From Candidatus Latescibacterota bacterium (lineage in GTDB: Bacteria > Latescibacterota > UBA2968 > GCA-2709665): a stretch of DNA of 64,000 nt. The first letter of the stretch is position 1. Each line of letters opens with the position of its first letter. Location: assembly GCA_965226795.1 (NCBI GenBank), contig CBDDDZ010000005.1:1408001-1472000 (forward strand), written 5' to 3'. The position numbers and the translations under genes are program-made. Below the pieces are notes generated by a model that worked only from the letters and a program-made list of their open reading frames with translations, ran no database searches and was not told the DNA's origin. Below are positions 1-10,030 of the stretch, piece after piece.

Positions 1-1280
1 CTGCCGGCGGTCTGCGCCGCCAGGTCCTTACCGACGCCGTGGCGGCGCAACGCTGGAAAGCGAGTGCGCCCGCGTTTCCACTGCCGCCAGACGAAGGCGC
101 GAAGCCGACGTCTGATCCATTGATCGAGGCGGCGCAAGACCGAAGGGGTCTCGCAGAAGCCGAAGTAGCCCCGCCACCCAACAAGGTAGCGGGACAACGC
201 CGTGGTCAGGCGGGAAAGACCGACGCTGTTCGTGCCCCGCGTCAGCTCCCGGACCCGAGCCTTGAACCGGGCCACCGCCTGTCCAGCGATGCGCCGCCGG
301 GGTGTCCGTCTCCCGGTAAAGCTGAAGCCCAGAAAGGATCGCGCCACCGGGCGGTCGACCGCGCTTTTGGCCACGTTGACCGTCAGCTTCAGGCGCCGGG
401 CCAGGAAGTGGGTCACACTGGCCATCACCCGCACGCCCGCACGCCGGGACCGCACATAGATGTTACAGTCGTCGGCATAGCGGACGAAGCGGTGGCCACG
501 CGTCTCCAGTTCCTTGTCCCAGACGTCCAGCATCAGGTTCGACAGCAGTGGCGACAGCGGGCCGCCCTGCGGCGTCCCCTTTGTCGTCGGGCTCACCAAG
601 CCGCCGTCCAGCACGCCCGCGGTTATAGAAAACCACGGACCAGCTTGAGCAGACGCTTGTCGGCCACGCGCTTGGCCACCAGACCCATCAGGATGTCGTG
701 GTTGACCCGGTCAAAGAATTTTTCCAGGTCAAGATCGACCACGATGGCGAACCCCGCGCCGATGTGCTCCTGCGCGCGCTGCACCGCCTGATGCGCCGAA
801 CGGCCAGGCCTGAACCCGTAGCTCGCCTCCGAGAAACTCTCGTCCCACGCCTCCTGTAACACCTGCATCGCCGCCTGCTGGATGGAAGCGGTCCAACACC
901 GTCGGCACGCCCAGCAGACGTGTGCCGCCAGACGCCTTCGGTATCTCCACGCGCCGCACCGGCTGCGGGATGTAGCTGCCGTCAAGGAGGCGTGACCTGA
1001 TCTCTTTCCAGTGGTCCTTCAGGTGGCCCACCAGCGCCTCGACACGCATCCCGTCCACGCCGGGCGCTCCCTTGTTGCGACGGACACGCTTCAGCGCCTT
1101 CCGCAAATTTCCGGGCTCGACCACCGCCTCCATCGACACGGCCAGCCCGGCCGCAGGGCGTTCGGGGGCGGCACGCGCCACACGCACTTCGGTCCCTTCA
1201 GCAACGGCGGCCCGGGCTTCACCCTTCGCCACCGGCGCCAAGGCCAGTTCCAACTGGGTTTTCTGCCGCCTGGTGCGCAT
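1..1280 (-). pseudogene. ltrA: Group II intron reverse transcriptase/maturase, two frameshifts, truncated by window edge
   Basis: Pieces in successive frames: NKGAPGVDG, RRVEIPKASGGTRLLGVPTVLDR, SYGFRPGRS, DLEKFFDRVNH, GTPQGGPLSPLL, RYADD (468-479). Extra C near 884-885 and extra TA near 623-627. Confidence 0.9.
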
Positions 1281-1686
1281 AAGCGTGCCGTCCTACTTGT
1301 CCTGTCCATCGTTCGGGCCTTCGCCGGTCGCCCGGCTACTATGCCCTCTGCTGACCTCTGCGCCGCGGTCACGGCCTTTTCGAACCGCTCAGTCCGGGTT
1401 TTCCGGACACGACGCAGACCTCCCGAGGTAAGACCGATCGCCTTCAGCGCACACCCGCCGGATTTACCACCCCGGCCCTTGATGGCTTTGGACTTCGCGA
1501 TCATATGCTCGCTCGTCCCGCCGGGTAGGCCTCTTATCCGGTTCTTGTCCATCGGGTCGCGCCTTTGCTACGCGCTTCCTTCAGACATCCCCTCGCGACG
1601 ATGCCCTTGCGCTTCGCTAACCCTTCGCCGCCATCAGGCTGGGTAGAGGACTTCCACCTCCAAGCTGTCGATCATGCTCGGCACAC
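1..1686 (-). mobile_element. Group II intron, class IIC-like (3' part runs off the window)
   Basis: Minus strand starts GTGTGCCGAGCATG (GUGYG 5' end) at 1686, directly after a terminator hairpin plus TTAT. A domain III-like GGTCAGCAGAGGGCATAGTA...GAAGGCCCGAA precedes an RT ORF. Confidence 0.88.
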
Positions 1687-1690
1687 ATAA

Positions 1691-1726
1691 AAGAAGGGCC
1701 GGACGGCACGCCGTCCGGCCCTTCTT
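1691..1726 (-). terminator. Intrinsic terminator downstream of nrdJ
   Basis: Perfect inverted repeat AAGAAGGGCCGGACGG / CCGTCCGGCCCTTCTT with a 4-nt loop, followed by TTAT on the minus strand. Confidence 0.9.
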
Positions 1727-1745
1727 GATTATTGTATATCGGGTG

Positions 1746-4700
1746 CTACGAACAGCCGACTGAATTTCCACAATTCAGGCAGCGATAGCACGAACCGTTA
1801 CGAACCGTAATGTGACCGCAGGTATCGCAATAGGGGGCATCCCCCATCATTCGCGAGAGCTGATCGTCGGGGGCCACCGTTTGAGGATGTATATGCGCTT
1901 CCGTGTGGGACGACGACCCGTTGGAAGCATGCTGCGAACCGGCGACCGACGCGCCGTAGGATGCCGGAGTGGCTTTCGGGGTGGGGCCTGCCGGCGGTGA
2001 AGCGCCCCGCGTGTCGGGGCGGTCCGTGGGTGTACCAGGACTCTGTGTTGAAAATGACATCACTTCGGACTCCAGATCTTGGTGGTCGTTGATGTCGGAA
2101 GCGATATCTTCGGGTTTAACCTGTAGAAAGTCGGTCCGGCCGAGATATTCGTAGCCGAGGACCCGGAAGATGTAATCGACGACGGAGGTTGCGAATTTGA
2201 TATTCGGGTGGTCGACGGTTCCCCACGGCTCAAAACGGGTGAAGGTGAAACGGTCTACGAACTCTTCGAGAGGTACGCCGTGTTGCAGGCCCCAGGAGAT
2301 GGCAATGGCGAAGCAGTCCAGCATGGCGCGAAAAGGCGCACCTTCTTTGCTCATGTCGATAAAGATTTCGCCAAGTGTACCGTCTTCGTATTCACCCGTG
2401 CGCAAGAAGACCTTTTGACTGGCCACGCGGGCTTCCTGCGTAAAACCGATGCGTCGTTGCGGGAGCCGTCTTCTTGTGGGCCGGCTCACCACCGGAACCG
2501 GCGCTGGTGTTTTCTTTCCGGGCGCACACACCGCTGTATCCGTAAGCGATTCATCGGATTCGGTGGTTTCTGCTTCGGCGTCGGTTCTGGATGCGGTGCT
2601 GAGTGGCTGAGAGAGCTTCGAGCCGTCTCGATATATGGCTACAGCCTTTAACCCCAGATTCCACCCCCTGATGTATAGGTTTTCAATCTCCCCGGCGGTG
2701 GTTTCGCTGGGGACGTTTACGGTTTTGGAAATGGCTCCGCAGATAAACTTCTGGGCGGCGGACATCATGCCGAGGTGCGCCATGGGTGCTATAAAGCGTT
2801 TGCCATGTCTGCCGCATTTGTTGGCGCAGTCGAATATAGGCAGATGCTTATCTTTGAGATGGGGCGCGCCTTCGACGGTCATTTGGCCACAGATGAATTC
2901 GTTGGCTTCGTTGATTTGTGTTTCGGTAAAGCCGAGTTCGGCAAGTAGACTGAATCCGGGTGCTCTGTATTGTTCGGGGGAGAAACCCAGACGTTCCATC
3001 AGGCCTTCTCCCAGAATCCACGGGGTGAAGGCAAATTCCAGTTCAAGGACGCCGGGCAGCACGGCTTCCACCTTTTTCAGATCCGCGGGTCCGAAGCCTT
3101 TCGCCCTTAAGGATCCGGCGTTGACATGCGGCGCATCTTGCAGGGAGAGCCCGCCGCAGAGGTAGGTGAGAATATCCGCGATTTCGTCCGGGGAATAGCC
3201 GAGGCGCTCCAGGGCCTTGGGCACCGCGTGGTTGACGATTTTAAAATAACCGCCGCCGGCGAGCTTCTTGAATTTGACCAGGGCGAAGTCGGGTTCGATA
3301 CCGGTGGTGTCACAGTCCATCAGAAGGCCAATGGTTCCGGTGGGTGCTATCACCGTGGCCTGCGCATTACGATAGCCGTACTTTTCGCCCAGTTCAACCG
3401 CCAAGTCCCAATCTTCCTGGGCGGCGCGAAGAAGGTCGCGTGGGCATGCGTGGGCATCGATATTGTAAGCGGCATCCCGGTGCATGTTCATTACGTTGAG
3501 CATGGGGCCGCGGTTCTTCTCGAAGCCCGGAAAAGGACTCTTGTCGGCAGCCATGCGGGCCGACGTTACGTAGGCCTGTCCGCACATAATCGCAGTGATA
3601 GCGGCGCATATTGCCCTTGCTCCCGCGCTGTCGTAGGGTAACCCCTGTACCATCAGGAGAGTACCCAGGTTGGCATAGCCGAGGCCCAGGGGGCGGTAAT
3701 TATGGCTGTTCTGCGCGATCATTCGGGTGGGATAGGATGCGAAATCGACCAGAATTTCCTGGGCAATGAAAAAGATCCTGCAGGCGTAACGGAATCCATC
3801 GATGTCGAAGGTACCATCGTTTCTAAGGAACTTCATGAGGTTGACTGACGCGAGGTTGCATGCCGTGTCGTCGAGGAACATAAACTCCGAACACGGGTTG
3901 GATCCGTAGATGCGGTCGGTGTTGGCGCACGTGTGCCAGTGGTTGATGGTGGTGTCGTACTGCATCCCGGGGTCGGCGCAAGCCCAGGCGGCCGCCCCGA
4001 TTTGACCCATGAGATCGCGGGCTTTGTGCGTCTGGTAGACTTCGCCGGTTGTACGCAGCCGGGTGTGCCATTCGCCGTCGTCTTTGCAGGCCTGCATAAA
4101 TGCGTCGGTGACGCGCACCGAGTTGTTGGAGTTCTGTCCGGAAACGGTCTGGTAGGCCTCTCCATTGAAATCGGAACTGTAGCCGGCGGCCATTAGCGCG
4201 GCTACCTTCTTTTCTTCTTTCACTTTCCAATTGATGAAGTCGAGTATTTCCGGGTGGTCCATGTCCAGGCTGACCATTTTGGCGGCTCGCCGCGTCGTCC
4301 CGCCAGACTTGATTGCGCCTGCGCCCTTGTCCAGGACTTCAAGAAAGGACATCAGGCCCGATGAGACGCCTCCTCCGGAGAGCTTCTCCATTTTTCCGCG
4401 AATTTTGGAGAAGTTGGTACCGGTGCCCGATCCGTATTTGAAGAGTCGAACTTCGCTTTTCAGCAATTCAAAAATGTCCATTGTGTCGTCCTGGACGGAC
4501 TGGATGTAGCAGGCCGAACATTGGGGATAGGAATACGAGTCTTCGGTCTCCGATACGCAATTCCGGTCCCAATCCCAGTGCCAGTTGCCTCCGCTGCCTT
4601 GAATTCCGTATTCGTGGTACAGTCCGCAGTTGAACCACACCGGCGAGTTGAAAGCACCCATTTGATGCACGAGATGGTAGGCAAGTTCCGCTTCGAATGT

Positions 4701-5009
4701 ATCCGCGTCTTCGGTTGAGTCGAAATACCCACCCTGATCCTCTCCGGCCTTGCGAATGGTACGGGCCACCCGGTGCATCACCTGGCGCACGGAGGTTTCG
4801 TGTCCGGTTTCGGGCACGCCTCGTTTTCTGAAATATTTGGATACGACGATATCCGTTGCCAGTTGAGACCATTCGGCCGGGACTTCGGCATGGTCCATGC
4901 GAAAGACTTCTGACCCGTCGAGGTTGGAGATAACGGATGTTTTCTTTACATATTCGACCTGGTCCAGTGGATTTCGGCCGGGTGTGGTCTGCCTGCGTTC
5001 AAGCTTCAT
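1746..5009 (-). CDS. nrdJ: Class II (adenosylcobalamin-dependent) ribonucleotide reductase
   Basis: FNSPVWFN, PQCSAC, NPCSEF, IAPTGT, ISKTVN, YRDGSK and a C-terminal CxxC...CxxC. ATG at 5009 follows GGAGG. Confidence 0.96.
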   Translation of the reverse strand: MKLERRQTTPGRNPLDQVEYVKKTSVISNLDGSEVFRMDHAEVPAEWSQLATDIVVSKYFRKRGVPETGHETSVRQVMHRVARTIRKAGEDQGGYFDSTEDADTFEAELAYHLVHQMGAFNSPVWFNCGLYHEYGIQGSGGNWHWDWDRNCVSETEDSYSYPQCSACYIQSVQDDTMDIFELLKSEVRLFKYGSGTGTNFSKIRGKMEKLSGGGVSSGLMSFLEVLDKGAGAIKSGGTTRRAAKMVSLDMDHPEILDFINWKVKEEKKVAALMAAGYSSDFNGEAYQTVSGQNSNNSVRVTDAFMQACKDDGEWHTRLRTTGEVYQTHKARDLMGQIGAAAWACADPGMQYDTTINHWHTCANTDRIYGSNPCSEFMFLDDTACNLASVNLMKFLRNDGTFDIDGFRYACRIFFIAQEILVDFASYPTRMIAQNSHNYRPLGLGYANLGTLLMVQGLPYDSAGARAICAAITAIMCGQAYVTSARMAADKSPFPGFEKNRGPMLNVMNMHRDAAYNIDAHACPRDLLRAAQEDWDLAVELGEKYGYRNAQATVIAPTGTIGLLMDCDTTGIEPDFALVKFKKLAGGGYFKIVNHAVPKALERLGYSPDEIADILTYLCGGLSLQDAPHVNAGSLRAKGFGPADLKKVEAVLPGVLELEFAFTPWILGEGLMERLGFSPEQYRAPGFSLLAELGFTETQINEANEFICGQMTVEGAPHLKDKHLPIFDCANKCGRHGKRFIAPMAHLGMMSAAQKFICGAISKTVNVPSETTAGEIENLYIRGWNLGLKAVAIYRDGSKLSQPLSTASRTDAEAETTESDESLTDTAVCAPGKKTPAPVPVVSRPTRRRLPQRRIGFTQEARVASQKVFLRTGEYEDGTLGEIFIDMSKEGAPFRAMLDCFAIAISWGLQHGVPLEEFVDRFTFTRFEPWGTVDHPNIKFATSVVDYIFRVLGYEYLGRTDFLQVKPEDIASDINDHQDLESEVMSFSTQSPGTPTDRPDTRGASPPAGPTPKATPASYGASVAGSQHASNGSSSHTEAHIHPQTVAPDDQLSRMMGDAPYCDTCGHITVRNGSCYRCLNCGNSVGCS

Positions 5010-5217
5010 AGCGGGACTTCCTCCGGATTTCTGGAATTGATTTGAAATGGCAAAACGAAAAGAAACCTGCCTGGTTGAATTCACGAGACGTTTCGGGCCG
5101 AATGCTTCCTTCGCGGCCGAAACGTCGATACCGCAGGCAAAAAAACGAATGTTGAAGACGCATCTGAAGGGGAATGGTGCGTCCGGGTAACTTCGGTGAA
5201 AGGGGAGGGTATTTGGT

Positions 5218-5682
5218 TCAGTCGCCTGCTTGAGGGGAAGCCAGTTGCCGGAGTTCCTTTTCGAAGTCGCTCAGGTCTTTGAACTGTCTGTAGACCGATG
5301 CGAAACGGACGTAAGCGACCTGGTCGAGGTCTTTTAGCTCGTTAATTACCAATTCGCCGATAATGTTGGCCTCAACCTCCCGTTCGCCGGTGCCACTCAG
5401 CCTGGCTTCGATCCGGTCTGCGATCTCTTCGAGCCGGCCCATTGAGATGGGACGTTTGTTGCAGGCGAGATGCAACTTGGAAAAGAGCTTGCTTTTGTCG
5501 AAGGGTTCGCGTCGACCATCGGATTTAACGACCATCAGCGGCTTGTCTTCGATGGATTCGTAGGTTGTAAACCGCCGACCGCAATTCAGACATTCCCGGC
5601 GTCTGCGGATGGCCGTTGCCTCCTTGCTGGATCTGGAGTCTACGACCTTGTCCTCCACGATTCCACAGTAGGGACACCTCAT
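5218..5682 (-). CDS. nrdR: Transcriptional repressor NrdR
   Basis: MRCPYC...IRRRRECLNCGRRFTTYE zinc ribbon, ATP cone, DQVAYVRFASVY. Confidence 0.97.
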   Translation of the reverse strand: MRCPYCGIVEDKVVDSRSSKEATAIRRRRECLNCGRRFTTYESIEDKPLMVVKSDGRREPFDKSKLFSKLHLACNKRPISMGRLEEIADRIEARLSGTGEREVEANIIGELVINELKDLDQVAYVRFASVYRQFKDLSDFEKELRQLASPQAGD

Positions 5683-5744
5683 GCGAGTTCTCCCGTAGCC
5701 TCACGGACGAGCGGGGATAGATAAAGGGTCCTCGGGTTGAAGGA

Positions 5745-5794
5745 CCCTATATTGTGGGGTAACATTATTATAATACAAAATATTGAGTTGTCAA
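5745..5794 (-). promoter_or_regulatory. Sigma70 promoter of nrdR-nrdJ with two NrdR-box-like sites
   Basis: Minus strand TTGACA (5794-5789), 16 nt, TATAAT (5772-5767). CCCTATATTGTGGG (5745-5758) and CAAAATATTGAGTT (5776-5789) lie 31 bp apart. Confidence 0.75.
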
Positions 5795-6153
5795 GTGAAA
5801 ATATGCAGTTCGCGGCTAATAGTACACCTGGTTCCCACGGCACTACTTCCAAACTCAAATGATCGACCGTCTACGGGACACATCGCCGACTGAACAAAAG
5901 GCAATGTCGACTGTGGCCAAAGACACAGATTCTGCCCTTTGGGCGATTTCCATTCGGGTCCTGTTCCGCGATGATTCGAAACACATCGAGTACGATACGC
6001 AGCTGGCCGCAACGCAGAAGATTTCTCGGCATTCGGTCCCGAATCTGAAAACTCTGTGCGGAAGTTATCGGCTTGTGCGGTGGTCAGCGCACTTATTGAC
6101 GACTATCCTTACTCGCTCTTCGACCGCCCGCCGCCTTGCGGCGGACTCCCGCC

Positions 6154-8550
6154 TCAAGGCGAAGACACGTCGAGATTACGATCCTTGAAGATCAGCCTCG
6201 TGCCTGATACGGCCGAGTGCGATAGATAGACGCCGTCGGAACCCGTTCTAACGACAGCGCAAATCGCATCCGTGCCGAGATCGTCTGCGCCGTACGTCCG
6301 GTAGGATCCGTCGGAGATAACGATGTGGTCCGTGATGCCGCCATGCTCCACGACCAGGTAGGCCGTGCCTCCCGGTCCCTCGTTGGCTCCACGGCGAATC
6401 GTCACCCTGGGAGGGCGCGTACTTTGAAAGGGATAGAGCACCACCGGCAGGTCATCCACCCGACCGTCGTCGGAAGTCATCAGGTCCAGGGAAGCCCACC
6501 TGATGGGCTGTCGGCCGGGAGACGCGATACCGCCAAGATGCGCCATACCCGTTCCTTGCCGGATGCCCACTTTGCTCGAGGTCGCCACGACAAGACCGGG
6601 CGCTTTGGTAGATAACACGGCCGAACCGCCCCGCTGCAGCGGCGTGGGGGAATGCAGCATAAACGAAGCTTTTCTGCCGCCCGTGGTGGAGGAGAAGGCA
6701 TCGAATACAACGAAATAGGGATTGGTTTCGGGCGCAGGCTCCACGGGCTTCAGGAAAAGAAAATGCCGGCGATGAAAAACGCCCAATGAACGATAACCGT
6801 CATGCTCCGCGGAAAAGTAGTCCATGCCGGCCTGGTTGCTCCATAAGGGTTTCTCGCCTACCGCAATCTTGCGGTCCAGGTTCCTGTCGTCTATCACGAG
6901 CATATTGTGGGCTTTGGAAGTCTTGTACCACGGGCCGTGGAGCGGGTCGTCGTAGCTGACGCCGATGCCGGCGTCGACAGCCAGCGCCTTCCCATAGGCG
7001 AAAAGTTCAAAGCTGAGGATATCGGGATGTGAATGCCCGCCGCCATACTCACCGTAGTTGATGACCAGGTAAGGACTGTTTCGGGTCCAATCCATGCGCA
7101 TCACGGCGAAACCCGACGGTCTGAAATCGATTGACGTTCCGGACGGCGGCTCGACGACGTCGTCGATGCTGGCGCCGAGCAGGTTTTTGGCCACCCAGAG
7201 CATGTCCGGCCGTTTGAAGGCGCGGCCGCCATCGATAAAGACGTTGCGGTCGAACCGTCCCCGGCCGCCATCGTTTACAGCAGGCGGGGTGCCCAGGGGA
7301 CTGATCAGATACATCCAGTGGTTCAGGGTGCGTTCGAGTGTCGGGCGAAGAGCAGCCGCCCGGTCATCGTTGCCGCCGAAACGCTTAAGAAGGTAGGCCA
7401 GATTCCGTGGGTCGCGATAAACGATATTGGAATAGCTGGAAGGGCAACGCTCCGAATGGCATCCGTCTTCGTAAAAGTCCTTTGATAGGTGCTCTTCTAT
7501 TCGATAAACACCCTGGGAGACCCACTGATCGGCCTCCTTGAATTCGGGGAGGTTGAGGCCCAACTCGGCCAGAGCGTAGGAACCCATCACCTGCCAGTTG
7601 CCCGGCCGGTACCCCTGCTTTTCCAGTTCGTACAGCCAGCGCGCTGATCCCAGGAAGTTCTTCAGGATTCTCTCGTGGGTCCGCAACGAAAGCCGGCTGC
7701 GGTTGAGACGGTAGAATTCCAGAAATACGCGATTCCGGCGCGATCCGAGTCCGAGTTCGTACCAGACCGGGTCCAGGTTCGCGTGGCCACCCACGACGTC
7801 GTCCCGTTGCTCGTACCACTGATTGAAGAGTTCGTCGAAGGCATCCAGGTACTTCGTGTCTCGCGTGCCCAGGTACGCCCACAGAAGGGGCCCCGACCAA
7901 CCCCAGTAGTGAAACCCGTATTTACCGCTTCTGCCGTAATCCGCGTTGAAATCCACGACCGGACCGTGCTGGATAGTTACCCCGCCCCATCCTGTGATGT
8001 TGTGGGCGACCACGCGGTCTGCGGCCGCCGTATAGTTTCTCGTGCTGAAGTACCTGTACGCCTCTTCGATTGTGTAGTAGGGGATGCCGGTATTGATATA
8101 GGGGAATCCGGGATGGGCGTCCCAGTACGCCCCCCACGCTTCGTAGGCTGCGGCGTAATCGCCCTGGTCAACGGCGCGTCTGACGTCCTCGAGCCCGGCA
8201 CGGTCCACGTCCATCGCGGCAAAGAAGTCCGGATCGCTGATGTGCTTGATCTGTTGATCCAGGTAGACGGGATCTTCGCGGAGGTCGGTATTCGCCTCAC
8301 TGAACGCATTTGAAAATAGAATGAAGTCACTGAAACCGACCCTTCCGTCGAGGTCCATATCGAAACGGGCGTCGAACGTGCTGTCGGTCCGGGAGGTTCC
8401 GAAGTTCCGGGCAAAGGCGACGAAATCTTCGAAGCCCACGTGGCCGTCTTCGGTGAAGTCCCCGGGCACACCCGAATAGGCAACGGAGGACGCCAGGATG
8501 ACGACCAGTAACGGTCCAAGACGCTTCCATGGCAGGACTCGAGGTGTCAT
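6154..8550 (-). CDS. Secreted heparinase II/III-family polysaccharide lyase with N-terminal EF-hand/dockerin-like domain
   Basis: Signal peptide; GDFTEDGHVGFEDF and DMDLDGRVGFSDF repeats; NWQ, DGCHSE, GHSHPDILSFEL, SKAHN and HRR motifs. Confidence 0.8.
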   Translation of the reverse strand: MTPRVLPWKRLGPLLVVILASSVAYSGVPGDFTEDGHVGFEDFVAFARNFGTSRTDSTFDARFDMDLDGRVGFSDFILFSNAFSEANTDLREDPVYLDQQIKHISDPDFFAAMDVDRAGLEDVRRAVDQGDYAAAYEAWGAYWDAHPGFPYINTGIPYYTIEEAYRYFSTRNYTAAADRVVAHNITGWGGVTIQHGPVVDFNADYGRSGKYGFHYWGWSGPLLWAYLGTRDTKYLDAFDELFNQWYEQRDDVVGGHANLDPVWYELGLGSRRNRVFLEFYRLNRSRLSLRTHERILKNFLGSARWLYELEKQGYRPGNWQVMGSYALAELGLNLPEFKEADQWVSQGVYRIEEHLSKDFYEDGCHSERCPSSYSNIVYRDPRNLAYLLKRFGGNDDRAAALRPTLERTLNHWMYLISPLGTPPAVNDGGRGRFDRNVFIDGGRAFKRPDMLWVAKNLLGASIDDVVEPPSGTSIDFRPSGFAVMRMDWTRNSPYLVINYGEYGGGHSHPDILSFELFAYGKALAVDAGIGVSYDDPLHGPWYKTSKAHNMLVIDDRNLDRKIAVGEKPLWSNQAGMDYFSAEHDGYRSLGVFHRRHFLFLKPVEPAPETNPYFVVFDAFSSTTGGRKASFMLHSPTPLQRGGSAVLSTKAPGLVVATSSKVGIRQGTGMAHLGGIASPGRQPIRWASLDLMTSDDGRVDDLPVVLYPFQSTRPPRVTIRRGANEGPGGTAYLVVEHGGITDHIVISDGSYRTYGADDLGTDAICAVVRTGSDGVYLSHSAVSGTRLIFKDRNLDVSSP

Positions 8551-8631
8551 CAATTGCACCTGTGGAAAGCCACGAGGGATCTGAATCGGATGTACGGGCG
8601 AAGCAGGGTAGAGGAGTGTATGAAGTCACCG

Positions 8632-9864
8632 TCAAGGCGACGGAGCGGCTTTCTTCTCGAAAACCGCGTTCCAGTCGATGCGCCCCGTGAACTGCATTGC
8701 CGCAAACAGGGTGGCAATGCACAACATGGTAATGGCGAGGCCGGTATAGCCTGAAAAGAAAAAGGTGTAGGAGAAAAGCACCAGATAGACGAACTGGCCC
8801 ACGCCGATTTCGACGAAGGCCAGGCGCGTGCCCAGGACCAATCGCATGTAAGATGTGACCAGGAAAATCGAGACCGCGGAGGCGAGTACAAACGCGTAGT
8901 GGATGAGCATGTGGTCGACCAGATAGGCCAGCAACAGGTGGAAGCTGAAGTAGGCGGCCCCGATGAAGAAGTAGTGCATCGGGTGCAGGTCGATGCGGCG
9001 CACGGTGGTAAAAATGAAGAGCAGGAAGAAGAACAGGAACAGGGAGATCGGGGCCGCGAATACGACCTGCCTGACCCAGGGGCCGGGGTTGAGCCGGGCG
9101 GGCATGATCATCCCCAGATCGACACCGGTGAGGAGATGATCGTAACGCCACTTCAGGGTCCAGGCGTCGCCGTCTCGGGTCTTGGAGATGGGGGATACGC
9201 TGTCCGCGGGAAAGTCGACGGCGGCGAAATCAGTGCGCATCACCAGTTCGAAGTCCGACACCTGGTTGACATCACGGCCAAAACTGTAGCGCCACTGGTC
9301 CAGTCCCTGGGAGCGGTAGGACACATGGACGGGAAGTTCCTGGCCGGGCGCAAGATCGACCGGTTGGACCAGATGGCCGGCGCGGATCGGGACGTCGGCG
9401 ATGCGTCGGCTGTCTACGCTCAACGAAATATCGTCGTACACGGCGCGTTGGGCGGGCATTTCCAGATCGAAGTACAGGCTCAGGCTGTGGTCGGTGGGGT
9501 TGGACACGGTGTACCAGGCGGCGAATTGGACATGGTATGTGGAATACCATAACAAGCCCTTTCGACGGTGCTCAAGAGACAGGTCGACTTCAATGCGGCT
9601 GGCTTCCAGGCTCAGGAAGTGCTTTTCGTCTACCGTGCGCGAGATCGACTCGCCCCCGGTGCCGGGTTCAATACGGGTGACGCGATCCAGCCAGTAGATT
9701 TGCGGGGCTTGCTGGGTGTGGGCCGTACCCCAGATTCGTCCCACGGTGTCTTTGAGCTTGTCGTCCTGTCTCAGGGTACGCAGGTGGATGGTCTGGCCCA
9801 GAATGAGCCAGGCGACAGCGACGCACAAATAGATGAATCCGATAACGGCGATGCGTTGGACCAT
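8632..9864 (-). CDS. CreD-like inner membrane protein
   Basis: N-terminal TM helix, soluble domain, multi-TM C-terminus with LHPMHYFFIG, FHLLLAYL and AMQFTGRIDW. Confidence 0.7.
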   Translation of the reverse strand: MVQRIAVIGFIYLCVAVAWLILGQTIHLRTLRQDDKLKDTVGRIWGTAHTQQAPQIYWLDRVTRIEPGTGGESISRTVDEKHFLSLEASRIEVDLSLEHRRKGLLWYSTYHVQFAAWYTVSNPTDHSLSLYFDLEMPAQRAVYDDISLSVDSRRIADVPIRAGHLVQPVDLAPGQELPVHVSYRSQGLDQWRYSFGRDVNQVSDFELVMRTDFAAVDFPADSVSPISKTRDGDAWTLKWRYDHLLTGVDLGMIMPARLNPGPWVRQVVFAAPISLFLFFFLLFIFTTVRRIDLHPMHYFFIGAAYFSFHLLLAYLVDHMLIHYAFVLASAVSIFLVTSYMRLVLGTRLAFVEIGVGQFVYLVLFSYTFFFSGYTGLAITMLCIATLFAAMQFTGRIDWNAVFEKKAAPSP

Positions 9865-10030
9865 AAAACCTCCCGCATTAAGAGACGATAGAGGACTTTA
9901 TGTTGAACGCATCGCGTGAACCGGAGTTCCGTGGATACCTGCCGGGTGCTGTCCGCTGATTATGAAGTCGCCCATGGCGTATACCAAAGTTCACGAGAGT
10001 TTTCATTGGGCCGATGCTCTGCATCCCGTT

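Noticed and set aside
39..791. 250-aa plus-strand ORF and other long antisense ORFs (e.g. 11363-12898, 31258-32322, 51273-52667)
   Set aside because: Shadow frames opposite well-supported genes in GC-rich DNA; no recognisable motifs.
5010..5217. Possible cobalamin riboswitch before nrdJ
   Set aside because: Only a GACGTTTCG...CGAAACGTC hairpin is visible and I see no B12-box. The longer ORF start at 5084 is also unsupported compared with the RBS-linked ATG at 5009.
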